Assembly: GCF_009914755.1 (NCBI RefSeq)
Contig: NC_060930.1
Direction: 5' to 3' (one strand)
Length of the DNA: 64,000 nucleotides
Source: the human T2T-CHM13v2.0 reference genome, Homo sapiens
This document shows, piece after piece, positions 30,433-44,486 of this stretch. Within the stretch, counting starts at the first letter, position 1. Each line of letters opens with the position of its first letter. A model generated the notes under the pieces. The model was not told the origin of the DNA. It saw only the letters and a list, made by a program, of their open reading frames with translations, and ran no database searches. Made by a program: the position numbers and the translations under genes.

Positions 30433-30861
30433 TAGAATATTATTTAAATACAAGTTTGCATATTTCCTTGTGTGCTTGACTTATTTATATTTTGCTATTT
30501 TTTTGATTTGATGGAAATAATAAAGTTGGATTTCTTTAACAACTTAATATTTCTTTGGCAGATTTCTGAAAAATACTACAAGTATTTGCCTGTAGTAAGC
30601 TTTGGGAGACCTTTAAGCTTCCTAACTACTCCTCCAAGGGTATCATATCACCCCCAACCAAATTCTCCCAGGACTTAAGAGATTCCTAAAATTAAGAACT
30701 ATTGGAATTGCTTTAACTCTTTAGTAATACTGCATTTTAACTCCAGTGGCATAAAAAAACCCACAAAATCTAAAAATATAATTGCAACTCTTTAGGGTTT
30801 AAATGCCAGGAACAGAACCTGCGGTCTCGTACCTGGATACCTACCTTTTAGAAGATAATTA

Positions 30862-30976
30862 CAGCAAACCAGCATGGCATATCTATACCTATGTAACAAA
30901 CCTGCACATTCTGCACATGTATCCTGGAACTTAAAGTAAAATAAAATAAGATAACTTAAAAAGTACCAAAAAAAAG
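30862..30976 (+). mobile_element. Extremely 5'-truncated L1PA (~75 bp of 3'UTR plus tail)
   Basis: cagcaaaccagcatggca...aacctgcacattctgcacatgtatcctggaacttaaagta. 12-bp TSD agaagataatta at 30850-30861 and 30977-30988. Confidence 0.88.
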
Positions 30977-31179
30977 AGAAGATAATTAGGCACAAGAACT
31001 GAACGGGAGGCTAAGGAGAAACAGATGTAAGCTAAATCTAAATGCTATTTTATCTCTTCTTTTTCCACCATGAGCATTTAAGTATTTCTTAGCTTATTTA
31101 ATTTTTAGAAACTTTTAATAAAACAGTAATGCCGACAACATTAACTTACATTTATATATTTAGAGGTAAATAGAATTCC

Positions 31180-31390
31180 AGGGTATACTTTTTACATACC
31201 TCATCTCATTTAATTCTCATCAAACCTGTCTGCATTGAGAGTTACTATTTCCATTTGAAAATTATGAATTTCCATTTGAATTATGGAATTATGAAATTAT
31301 GAAAGAGTTTAGGCTCAGAAAGGACTCTGACTTACCCAAGGCCTCTCAGCAAAGCAGAGATGGAGGAAAATGCAGACCATCCCCTGAGCC
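31180..31390 (-). mobile_element. MIR with internal slippage duplications
   Basis: atctcatttaattctcatcaaacc...aggctcagaaagg...tgacttacccaagg. Confidence 0.6.
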
Positions 31391-32122
31391 AAATGGATTT
31401 CCTCAGTGCTCAGAGCCTGGCCATCTTCATTCAACACTTGGGTACTTGGAAGTCTTTAGCAACTCGGAGTAGTCTGCCAGCTTTTAAATTCTATCTTTAA
31501 GCTGCAGCTGACATATTGCTTTGGAAAGTTGTGATAAACTGATCTCTCTTAAGAACCTAATTCTAATGCATGAAATTGTGGGCCTAAATTTGATAACTGT
31601 GGTCACATTCTAAAGACTAAATTTTTAGCATCTTCGGGGAACTATGATCAATTCCATGAAGTTTGGGCTTAAATGTTTTTAAACGATGAGTTCAATATGC
31701 TAATGTTTACAGGCATGCCACTCTAAAAAACCTAACAGAGGGAAAATAACACAAAACAAGTAAACTAGGAATTGGTTAATTGCATTTTAAAAAGTGGATT
31801 TTTTTACTTTATGAAAAGGTCCTCAGCGCTCCTTGATGTGCTCAGCTCTCCCAGTGCATTTAAATGTTTGATTGCGGATCATTAACCACTTGGTTAAATG
31901 GCTGGGGTAAAAAAAGAGGAAAAATTGCCAAAGGTTTGGGAATCAATACTAATTACAAAACAATCAAAAAGCTTGATAAAGTGTTTCTGAATTTTAAATG
32001 TAAATTTAAAATTTAATGGAGAGAGTTCATTTAAATCACCCCAATTTTACTTACATACAATAATTTTGTGAAAGACACCTTTAGTAAACTAAGATTGTTT
32101 GTTACTTAAATTACTAATGTGC

Positions 32123-32242
32123 TTCATTCATTCATTCATTCCTTCATTCAGTGCATATTTATTGAGTGCCTAGTGTGTTCCAGGCATCATGCAAAGCAAT
32201 GGTGAGTGTGGTCTCTGAACTCTTAGATTGTGCACTGTAGTT
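32123..32242 (-). mobile_element. L2 3' end with (TTCA)n
   Basis: ttcattcattca...atatttattgagtgcctagtgtgttccaggca. Confidence 0.8.
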
Positions 32243-32328
32243 TATTAATTTCGTTTTGAACTTTTATGGGACTAGTAGATGTAAAATGGCAACGAATAAG
32301 AAAGTTCTCTTTTTAAAAACCTACTCAG

Positions 32329-32656
<328 letters not shown>

Positions 32657-33327
32657 TCATATCTTTCCATTTTGTAGTGTATCTTCTTTACAGTCTTTCT
32701 AAAATATATTATTATAATGAATGATTATTATTTTCTGGATTATTTGTAAAAGATAAAGAGAAAAGCTTTTCTTAATTTGGTTCTTGGCATATTTATATGG
32801 ATGTGTTGAGGCTACAGAAATGGCAATTATCATAAATATTCCAGATGGCACATTTTATTAGCATGAGCTCATATAACATAGATGAATCAACCTGGCATTT
32901 TTTTTCTTTTACTGTTCCGTCACCATAATAATTGGTTCTATTACAGGTGGGTAGTATGATCTTAATTTCCTTTGGTAAGCTTGAGTGATTTAATCTCATC
33001 AGTGAATTATGAGCTGAAGATATATTTCAAAATTTTAAAATCCCATAATTTTTGTGACGATTTCTCTGCCTTGTGAATTTAATGAAAGAAAGTCATCTAC
33101 TAGTACTTCACATAGATTTACTTATTCATGTGAAAGTAGTGTTACAACTCCAAACTCTGTTTATATAAGCTATCCATAGGAACTGATTTTAATTCATTTA
33201 CATTCACCACGATTATAACTTTTAGTTGAGTAAATATTGGATTTTATTAATCCCACCTGTGTTTCCTGCTGGGTAATAATATGTATTGGCACATGTATTT
33301 AAGATTCTTCAGGCTTTGAACAAAAAT

Positions 33328-33408
33328 GTTACCATGGGAACCTGATTTCACAGCCCATAGTCCTTTGCAGAACTACACCTGCCTTATGGTAGAGGTTTCC
33401 ATGGCAAC
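33328..33408. promoter_or_regulatory. Pair of palindromic RFX X-boxes
   Basis: GTTACCATGGGAAC at 33328-33341 and GTTTCCATGGCAAC at 33395-33408, in non-repeat DNA. Confidence 0.65.
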
Positions 33409-33649
33409 ATTTTTGTTCAAGGAACATAGAACTTGAAGAATATGCTACGAGTCTCTTTTAAATGTGTGTGTTGAGAGTTGTGGTATTACTATAGCTAATG
33501 TGCATTTTAGAAAGACAGGTGGCCCCTTGGTGGGCCTTCCAGTGAAGAGCTTTCTATTGAGTTTAGTAGTCACAATGCATTGGATTAGGAAATTAGAGCA
33601 ATTTTTAGCCTCTTTTCCTTCTCTCCGTCCTCTCCTCATTTGACCCTAG

Positions 33650-33895
33650 AGTGTGGTGAAGTAACCCTCAATGGCTAGCATTTCCAGAATGATCATTTGT
33701 GATAATGCAAAACTGAGAAAAAGATGTGTCACTAATGTCTGGCCAAGCTCAGCAGGCTCTCTTTAAAAGGGCAGCATCAATCCTGGGAGCCTCTAATGCC
33801 ACAGAATATTCTACTAATGGTTCTTCAGTCTCCTCCTATATACTTTACTCCTCCGAAGATCACCAGGTCCAATAACAAAGCATCGTGAGGATGAG
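33650..33895 (+). other. Candidate 246-nt non-coding exon
   Basis: A ~30-nt polypyrimidine tract from 33609, TAG acceptor at 33647-33649, and donor GAG|GTGAGA. All three frames contain stops. Confidence 0.3.
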
Positions 33896-35103
33896 GTGAG
33901 AATTCGTTTTCATATTTCTCATCTGGTGTCTAGTCTCTTTATTGTATTAACTTTCAGCATTAAAAAGTTGACAATTCTTAAAGTGGCCCAAGTTCTTCCT
34001 TTGATCATCATTCATGTGTGTCATATTACATTTATAACTAAGGCCATGTGGGATGAGTGTGCTATTGCCCTGCAGGAGATTAATCTAGGGTCATCATTGT
34101 GGTGTTATTATGGTCCTATCCACTGTTATATGTATCCTCATCCATCAGGACCGTGCTCTTGTTGTTGCAGGTAGGCTAGCATGTCACTGTTCCCGGCAGG
34201 TCTCAAAACATGCAGCAGTGGGTTTTGCAGCAGCCTCAGAGGCTGCTCACGTCCTACAGAGGAGCTGAATGGGTACTATTATGAATGTCAATCATCCTAC
34301 ACCCGCAAGGATATCAAAGGGACTTTTAGAGACCATGGGGCTGCTTTCACAGAAACCCTAATCAGATCATCTTCCTTGATCAGGGAAAGGAATATAGGAA
34401 AATGAGTTAGGTTAAAGGAATTAGAACAAGTAAATGCTTTCAGAATACATTTATGACAAATTAGCTCGGAGTGCAAATAGAGATTACTTTGTCTGATTGA
34501 GTAGAAGCATAAGTTAGAAGCCTGTGAGGTCAGGCTTCTGCCAGCTGAAGCCCTTGGAAAGTTAAATACAGGATGGTGCGAAAAACTTGTTCGTTGCACA
34601 CACATATACACAGAAAGAAGGAAGGAAGGAAGGAAAAAAAGGAAGGGAACAAGGAAGGAATAGTAAATAAATATAGGCATAGTGAAATGATAAACTCAGT
34701 AAGTCAACTGAGAAAAATGTCACTACAAGGAATGGGCGAAAAAAAAATCACAGGTGAATTTCAATGAGAGGAAAGTACAAACAATAGAGCGGAACCTGTA
34801 CTGGACCAGGAGTCAGACAATCTTGGTCTTCCACCTCATCTAACCTCAGTTGCTTTTCTAAATTAAATAGTGGAGCCCGAGCCAAGATTTTGAAACTTCA
34901 TGTTCTGTGAATGCATCTGTCTATGCAGTGTCGATGGCTCTCAGGAAGTGTTCTTGTCTCTGGAACAGCTACTTCTACTAGAACAGCTCTGCTTTCATAT
35001 TATGAGCCCTCTAATGAGCTTGCATTAGAAGAAAATGCTTCCCGAATATAGGAAGTTTTGAAACTAACAGAATTGCTGATTTCTTAAATTCTGCCTGAGC
35101 TAA

Positions 35104-35401
<298 letters not shown>

Positions 35402-35651
35402 CAACGTGACATTCTATACCCCTGTCTTTGCTAACCTTACAAAATGATGGATTTTAACCATTGTTTAAATATAGTTATGAGAGTGTTAAACTCCTGATCA
35501 TTGCTCAATTAATATTTCTTGTGTTGAACTGAATTAAAGTGGACCATACAAATTCTTTTCCTAAAATGGCAAAGAAATGCTCCATGTGAATAATCAGGAA
35601 GGCTGGGAACCCAAAATAAACCTTGGCCCTGCCCTTGCAAAAAAAAGGAGT

Positions 35652-36102
35652 TGTGATGGTTAATATTGAATGTCAACTTGATTGGATTGAAGGATGCAAA
35701 GTATTGTTTCTGGGTGTGTCTGTGAGGGTGTTGCCAAAGGAGATTAATTAACATTTGAGTCAGTGGTCTGGGAAAGGCAGACCCACCCTCAATCTGGGTG
35801 GGCACCATCTAATCAGCTGCCAGCGCAACCAGAATAAAAGCAGGCAGAAGAACGTGGAGACACTAGACTGGTTTAACCTCTGAGCCTATGTCTTCCTCCC
35901 GTGCTGGAGGAAGCCCTCAAACATCGAACTCCAGGTTCTTCAGCTTTGGGACTCAAACTGACTTCCTTGCTCTCAGCTTGCAAACAGCCTATTGTAGGAC
36001 CTCACCTTGTGATGGTGTGAGTTAATACTCCTTAATAAACTCCCTTTTATATGTACGTCTGTCCTATTAGTTCTGTCCCTTTGGAGAACACTGACTAATG
36101 CA
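35652..36102 (+). mobile_element. MLT2A (ERVL/HERV-L) solo LTR
   Basis: tgtgatggttaatattgaatgtcaacttgattggattgaaggatgcaaag start; gttctgtccctttggagaacactgactaatgca end. Confidence 0.9.
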
Positions 36103-36859
36103 GCAGAGTTTGGCCACACCTGGGAGATTTTGTGCAATTTGGGCCACTGAAGTTCAAGGGAAGATAACAGCCTTAAAGCCCAGGGAAGCTGAAGACACAA
36201 AGGTACCATAAAAGGAGACAGAACGCTCAAAGGAATAAGAGCTGGCCAGGCATCCCAGAAGAGGATAGATGAAACCATTAGGGCTTTACCCCTTCAATAT
36301 GGAGTCTCAAGGAGCTACGATCAAAGTCTAAAACCAACAAGGAACATGAATATAGTGAACACACATTTGTTCATCTAATCCTGGAATGTTATTGCAAGGG
36401 AACCAACTTACTTGCAACTTCAGAGAGGTAAGTTTAGGCCAATTGGAAGTCCTGTTTAACATAGGAAGTAGTTTGCTAATATGATTAATTATTCTCAGCG
36501 TTCGAATAAACTGGATATATAAAACTCAAGCCAGTGGAGCAAATACAGTCAGGTGATGGGGCCCCTGCCTCAAGCTGTTTGCTGTGTGTGACCTGGCAAC
36601 TGTGCCTGAGAATGCGAGGAGAAGCTCTGAGGCTCATAGACTCTGCCCCCTGGATAGAGGGTTGTTCTACAGCTAAGTTAGAGCAGTGGTCCTCTCCTAA
36701 TTCACAAACAATGAACTTCATGCATGGCGTAGTCTCAGTTTCAGTACCTGACTTCACAATTCAACCTACCAAGGGGAGAGGAAAATTTTCTCATGATTTT
36801 TTTCTGAAATGATTGCTTATTTTTGCTAAAATCTGGTAGATAATAATTTGGCACCAAAG

Positions 36860-36962
36860 TTTGTGTGCACATATACACATACATGAATATATTTATATAT
36901 GCATATACGTGAATATTACATGCATTTATGTAGTGTGTGTGTGGGTGTGCATGCATGCACAT
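36860..36962. repeat. Low-complexity CATA/TATG/TG tract
   Basis: Degenerate purine-pyrimidine repeats. Confidence 0.6.
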
Positions 36963-37189
36963 TTAGATCAACAGGGCAACATTTCCCAGTGGTCCACCAA
37001 GAGCTCTTTCCAGGTGTTCTCCAGGTGGATGGACATGGAGATGGCAACATTTCAGGTGGAGGCAGCCATGTGAGTTAATACTCAGAGCTGCAAAACTGCC
37101 TGTGTGGTTCCCATTCTGAAGAGCTGCAGATGGTTCTACACAGGCAGCTGGAACTTTGGATGAAGATGGGCTGTGTCAGGAAGGGGAGT

Positions 37190-37505
37190 TGAAACATAAT
37201 AAGGTTGGTGATCTAAATAGATGCCAGATAATGGGGGTCCTGGGATGCTCTATTATACATGTGTTCATTATTTCATAGGTAATGGGACACCATTGAAGGC
37301 TTTCAAGCATGAGAGAAGCATGATAAATCTGTGTGTGAGAATGCTCACTCCAGATGTTGGGTGGAGAGTGGATTCATTGCAAGAGTGAGGCCAAAGAGAT
37401 CTCTTGGGTTAGAAGTGATTTGTTAATATTGGAGAGAGAAAAAAATAGGGCCTGAATTTACAACAGTAGCAATAGAATTGGAGAGAAAGAATAGGAGATG
37501 CTTTA
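37190..37505 (-). mobile_element. L2
   Basis: taggtaatgggacaccattgaaggctttcaagcatgagagaagcatgataaatctgtg. Confidence 0.65.
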
Positions 37506-37545
37506 GACTTAGACTATTTTTATCTTCTACTCCCTCCCAATAAGC

Positions 37546-37871
<326 letters not shown>

Positions 37872-39849
37872 CCAGTAAGCTCTTTCAATTTGCACTTCTT
37901 TTGCTAATAAGAGACAGGCAGATTGGTGAACTTTGTTTATTTGTTTTCCACCTGCTTTCATCTGCTCCTCTTTTACTACTTGTAACGTTAGTCTTCTAGA
38001 TAAGGGAAAAGAAAGAAAGGAAAAAAATTATTCTGTTTCCTTAAAAGCAAAATAACTAATAGGTTATGAATGAGCTGCATTTATTTTTTTCTTCACTAAT
38101 GCAGGATTTTCTGTAATGAATTTTGTCAGGAAGATCTAATTAAACCATACTAGCAGTCACTGGGAATAGTAACAAGAAACATGTTAAATAGATTCTTGCT
38201 AGGCAGTTTTTTCCCGCTATTGTTACCTCTTCTAACCTTTACAGTACACTTTCCCAATGGAATATACAGTCTGTGTACCAAGGAATTATTCAAGTACGAA
38301 GTTACGTACATCTCACAAACATAAAAGCTTCAGCCCCTGGCACACGTAAGAGGAACAGAGGTTCCTGTAGAAATGTAGAAAATGTTCACTTTTGGTCTGG
38401 TGTGAAGATAAAGTTAAAAATATCTAGATCTGACTACATACCTGGTCTTTAAATAAACCATAAGTCACAAAAGTCAAAGGTGAATGCAAATTGTTTTTAT
38501 CTTAAGAATAAAACAAAAAAAGATATTTATTATGGAATAAACCTATCAAAGCTCCAAATCGAATAAAAAGGTAGGTCGCATTGTGAAGCTAGAAATTCTC
38601 TTCCTGTTAGTACCACCACACTTATTAACTGAAAAGTTTTCGTGGTATATTTGAGCATATGTGAATGGTGAGGAACAGAAAAAACACTTTTCCACCCCAA
38701 ATCTGCTCAAGTTATTAGCATTCCCTCTGCTCCTGCTTTCCTCTTTTTCTCCCAACATAACATCTCACGGCTTAAGATGAAAAGACTTATTGGATTCTCT
38801 GTTGTCAGTTGGACAAGTCCTCTCTGGGGTCCTTTCTGTCAAGATCCTTGGATTCCATTTGAATTTAAAACAGACCTGTAGGCTTGGGAAACGTGGCTGC
38901 CCTGTGTTCAGGGAAACAGAGAAAGAGTTATTTTTAAAATATCTTACAAGATCTTCATTCCCAAGGCAAGTCAGGGGAAAACTGGTGGATGTTTCAGAGT
39001 GTTTGTTTTCAACTAACTACATGTGGGAGATCCAGAAAGGATGTGATCACTTAGGACAGCCAATTATTGAATGTGCACACTGAATTTCTCAGCTGAATTT
39101 TTTTTTTAATTTAATGGACCAAGTCATTTAAGGCCTCATGCATTATGTAGCTCAGTGACATTTTGGCTGTCAGAGCAAGACTCTTTTGATTTGGTAGAAT
39201 ATCTGGCTGTGTCTTCCTTTATTTCAAAGAACTATGATTTTAATCTCTTTTTATTAAAATCTAAAAGAAATGATCTTACACCACATTTTTCAAGAAGTTA
39301 TTTTTTTTTTGTTTTAGAGGAATCTCAACTGCCAAATCAGTAGGCTAATATTAAAATATTTTAAATTGTGTGATATGGAAGAGAAAGGAAGGAAGAGAAA
39401 ATAATTCAGTCACGAAAAAGGGAAGAAAAACCTAATACATAGGATGAAAGCAATCGTTGCTATTAAATGCCTGTGGGACTTATTAAAAAATTAGGTATAG
39501 AGAGTACGTTCAATTATAAGAATTTTTGCCCTGTCTTAAGAGTGTGTGTATTTATTTATTTAATGCTACCCAAGTTATCTTTTAAGATTATTAGGGGCAG
39601 GCATGAGTGTTCATATTTAATTTTTCTCATACTGTTATCTAAACTGATATTTGTTTCCTTTTATTGACAGAGCTATAAAAAATAAAAACGATGTGAATTT
39701 CCCTGTCTTTTTATGTGTACTTAACTCCAATTGATTTTACTGACAAGAGTGCATTTAGGAGAATTCCCCCAATATTCTACCAATAAAACTGTCCCTGCAA
39801 TCTGTCTAGTCTCCTGATGGTCCACCCCATTCATTAGCTTCATTCTTTC

Positions 39850-40125
39850 TAGACTACCATCGCCTGCGCATCCCCACTCTGCTTAAATGTCCCCTCCTTC
39901 CTCCTCTCTACAGAAGTCACACCCCGTTCCAGACCTAGATCACTAGGCTATCTGATGATTCTAATTACTTTTGTATTTCATCTATTGCTTCGTTAATACT
40001 TTTCACTACCTAATTACTTTATCACATCAATATTTGCTGCTTCCTCCTCTAGACTGTAAGTTCCTATGGCCAGGAATACTGTCTTCTATCACTTCTGTAC
40101 TGCGGTACACACTAAGCACTTAACC
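39850..40125 (+). mobile_element. L2
   Basis: cttaaatgtcccctcc...ctagactgtaagttcctatggccagg. Confidence 0.55.
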
Positions 40126-42262
40126 CAACGCTCCCAAATCCTATTTTGTAAAAGAATTTTCTCCAGAATAAAAGAAAAAATTGTAATAATGTTGTGAGCT
40201 AGTCACTAAGCTCAACTTGTCTGATAATTTTTATTCTCAGATAATGTTCTCTTGAATTTTTGGTGTTAGAATTTCCTTTATGAAAATAAGATATAGTGGT
40301 TTTAAATAGCAGAATTGTTGTTTTTACTTTTCTTAATAAAATAGCAATTTAATACCAGTCCCTCAAATATTTTGAAACTGAAATCCCAGTGCCTGGGAAC
40401 CACTGGTTGACAATTCATCCCAAGCAGGCCATGACAATTGTCCCCTCTGGAGACCTCCTGTAACTTTGTAGAACTCATTGGCCATTCAGTGAGGCTGTGT
40501 GGCTCTTTATGCTCTTACATATTTCCCTGTACCTGCAGCTAATTTAGAGCCTCATTTTATACTTATTTCTTCTTCTTTGTGGCACCTATTTATGATTACA
40601 GTGTTGACAGCAAATCTCAAAAATATGCTTGTTGAAAAATTGAGTATTCAGAATTATTCCAAATTTGGGGAGCTAAAAGAAATCATGGATTTGGATGGAT
40701 TAGTTTATATTAAGGAAACTAAGATTGTGTATTTCAGACAGTAAAAATAGCAAAATTATGATAAACTCTAAATTATACGTTAGACTGTGTTTATGGAAAG
40801 GTATCAAAAACCATATTGATTTGACAAATCCTTTGTAATATCCTTCTATAAATGCTTAATGAAAGAAAGAAGAGTATTTTTGCAGGACAGTATCATTTTC
40901 TAGTGAATTCTGTGACTGTAAAACCTTGTTGTGGTTCCAGTGCAGAGTTCTTTTTATTCCTTATTAGGCATATAAAATAGTACTTTTTTCCTGTGTATGT
41001 AAACATAGTTTTAACATAATTTTTTCAATCAAGAAATACTTTTCTATTTTCTTCAATTTGTGTCTAGCTATCAGTTCCATTCTTACAAATATTCTTAGTC
41101 CATGGAACATATTTTCTGCTGAGCACTGTGAAATTTAATTCAGAAGTAGTCCTTTATTGATGCTTCGTTTTTGTGACCTTTCCAGTCCTGTGTTGGTGAC
41201 ATATTGGTCCTCTGTCTCCAGTGCTTTGTGAAGCTAATAGATAGGATGGAATGGGTCAGATAATGAAAGTCCCTGGTACATTAACTTTCAATTTCATGAA
41301 TGTCTGAATATTGCAGAGAAGATGAATAGCAAGACTTCCTTTGCGTTTACATTTTAACATTTATAAGCTAGTTAAATTTCCCTTGTATTATCAGCAGCAT
41401 AGTTCCAGTCTACAACATTAACACACACATTTATATTTTTGAGCAGTGGCATAAGAGTTTAAAATAATTTATAAACCACAGAGCAGGCAACTTACAAATG
41501 CATGCTACTAAAAGAGATGAATAAATAGGGGTTTCATCTCATATGAGTTATAGCATATGAAGTATATACACTGTAAAGCCTCCTTTATTTCTCTGTTTTG
41601 CTGACGTAAGAGGAGAGTTGGGGTGCATAGTCAGTCATATGACTGATCTGTCATTAGGTAGTTACAATCATCCCCAAAAGCAGTGTTATTGTTTTGAAGA
41701 AGCATTCATCTTCTCTGAAGACATTATAGCGAGTGTAGCCATTTGAAAGAATCTGTTGAAATAGACTAGTCTTTGGATGAGGCTTAAAAGCACCGGAGTG
41801 ATAAGAAACACAGGAAGAGCCTGAGTGATTAGGCGAGGACAAGGATGAGAAGGCACACAGCTGTTCAATTGTTGGGGTTCGGACACTGATATGTGCACTC
41901 ATTTGTATTCCCTTGGGTTATTTTATAGGCATTGCATCATCTGTTCTTGCCCTAGTCCGGGCTTACCACTGTATTTATAGCAACCATTCTTATGAAATAT
42001 GGCCAGACTTAGACAATACAGTTTGGCCTCTCGGATTGTGCTTGATATTCTACCTGTATTTGAACACTTGCACTATCTCACCATGGTAGGAGAGCTGCTT
42101 TTGAGACCTGAGATTATGCCCTAAATGAGAAATGTAGTCATTGGCTTGATTCAATGGGAAACTATGATGTGGAAACTCCACCTAATTTGGACTCCATAAG
42201 TATGTAATTAAATGTAAATAGTACTATGTGATTTTATCTTTTGACACAGAAATGAAAAATGA

Positions 42263-42712
<450 letters not shown>

Positions 42713-42865
42713 TCAGCTGCTGTTTCATTTAAACAATTACGGAGGAGCCTTTCTCTCCAGCTCATCTTACTTCACTCCATGAATGCAGCCTCCAGTCATG
42801 ATGGTCTATGCCTTTACCCTCTTTAGAGCAGTGAAGTGGCCTCAGTCATCTATTATAGAGGTCAC

Positions 42866-43401
42866 TATTGGCAGAGACTTAGTGGCTTGGCTTTGCACTT
42901 TCCTGCCATGCCATTTCTGTTTACCCCGAGGACCATTCCTCGACTTTCCAACTTTCCCCCTCTTCTGCCCCATATCACAAGCAGCTGAGCCGACAGCCCC
43001 CACATCGCTTGGATTCTGGCAAGTTGGGGCAATGAACACAGGAGGGAGACTGGAGAGAAGCAAGGAGAAACTGAGGTATTTCTTCCCCTCCACTTGTCTT
43101 GGGCAGCACCTCCAGAAGGACCCGCATCACCTCCTTGTCTCCAGCTCTCTCTAGATAGGTCCTCTAAGGTTCCAGATTTTCCTTCGTGACTGAGGCCTTT
43201 CGTCCCCATCACCCCACACCTGCCTTCTGCCCCTCATTCCTAAAGTTAACAGCAACGTCTCGCTATGCTTACATGCACATTCAATTACTGTTCACATTAG
43301 GCATTTCACCTCTTGATTACCTGTGTGAACAAGGCTTGGCACCAGCTTTACGCTTTTTAAATACAAAGAGTGGTTTCTATTTCCCTAGTTAGAGCCTAAT
43401 A
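42866..43401 (+). mobile_element. LTR33-like ERVL solo LTR
   Basis: ggggcaatgaacacaggagggagactggag...gaggtatttcttcccc and gagtggtttctatttccct (recalled consensus). Confidence 0.55.
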
Positions 43402-43688
43402 TATCCATTCACTGTAACTACTTCATGTACATCCCACCTCCCAACCCCAGTATTTTCAAGGCAGGCTGAACCCAGAATTTCTCATTAAGCTGATTCCTTT
43501 AGCCACATAGACTCATCAATGAGCATATGCCTCCTTTTTAGTTGGTTAGTATGCAGATTCAGAAAGATTACTCTTCCAAGTTCTATTTATCTAGTGCACA
43601 TGGCCAGAAATTACCTGTCTACTTATGCGCTTTTGGAGTCCTTTGTACTTACATTAAGACATATGCCAATTCTGCTTTAAATCCATTA

Positions 43689-44035
43689 TAGATGCTCCTT
43701 GACTTGCGAAGGAGTTATGTCCCAATAAACTCATTATAGGTTGAAAATGCACTTAATATGCTTAACCTACCAAACATCGCAGCTTATCCTGGCCTACCTT
43801 AAACATGCTCAGAACACTTACATTAGCCTACAGTTGTGCAAAATCACCTAATACAAAGCCTATTTTATATTAAAGTATTGAATATGTCATGTAATTGATT
43901 GAATACTGTACTGAAAGTGACAAAAATAATGGTTGTATGGGCACTTTTAGTTTCTACTGAATGCAAATTACTTCTGTACCATAGTAAAGTTGAAAAAGCA
44001 TTAAGTCTGAACCAATGTAAATTAGGGACCACCTG
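43689..44035 (+). mobile_element. MER47A (TcMar-Tigger non-autonomous element)
   Basis: agatgctccttgactt...cctaccttaaacatgctcagaacacttacattagcctacagttg. Confidence 0.85.
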
Positions 44036-44054
44036 CATTTTAAAACACGTCTTC

Positions 44055-44180
44055 TCAACCTTACTAAATTGTAAGCTCTTCAAACTCAGTCACTGTATCT
44101 TCTGTCTGTATACCTCATGTCTCTAGCCCAATTTCAGGTACAAATTAAGTGCTCAAAAATATTTGACAAATGAGTGAATG
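44055..44180 (+). mobile_element. L2 3' end
   Basis: ctaaattgtaagctc...gtgctcaaaaatatttgacaaatgagtgaatg. Confidence 0.65.
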
Positions 44181-44486
44181 GCAATTCAAACTAAAAATGA
44201 AGTTTATATAAAAATTCTCCTCTGTTAATAATGATAGATATTTTGCTCATTGCTGGGAAGAATCCAAAAGAAAAACAGAAGGGATTTGTTTCTGTAAAAA
44301 ACTTGAGAGAATTGGACTACATATATAAAAAACATATACCACAAACAATGTGCCGGTAGACATGATGAGAATTTCAATATGCTCTTCCTAGAGATAGACT
44401 CACATTTGAGTTAGCAAGAGTATTGTCTCGATAATTATTTTCTTGTATTGTGGTGGTGAATTTGTTTCTTATTATTTAAGTGGATA

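Noticed and set aside
30813-31884. GAACCTGCGG and GCGGATCATTA resembling the 18S rRNA 3' end
   Set aside because: The matches are only 10-11 nt, 1 kb apart, with no flanking homology.
34612-34660. GGAA repeat as an EWS-FLI1 response element
   Set aside because: Only about four consecutive units, and interrupted.
42181-42190. CArG boxes (also near 972 and 40659) and octamer ATGCAAAT sites (such as 59886)
   Set aside because: Several are expected by chance in 64 kb of AT-rich DNA and they do not cluster.
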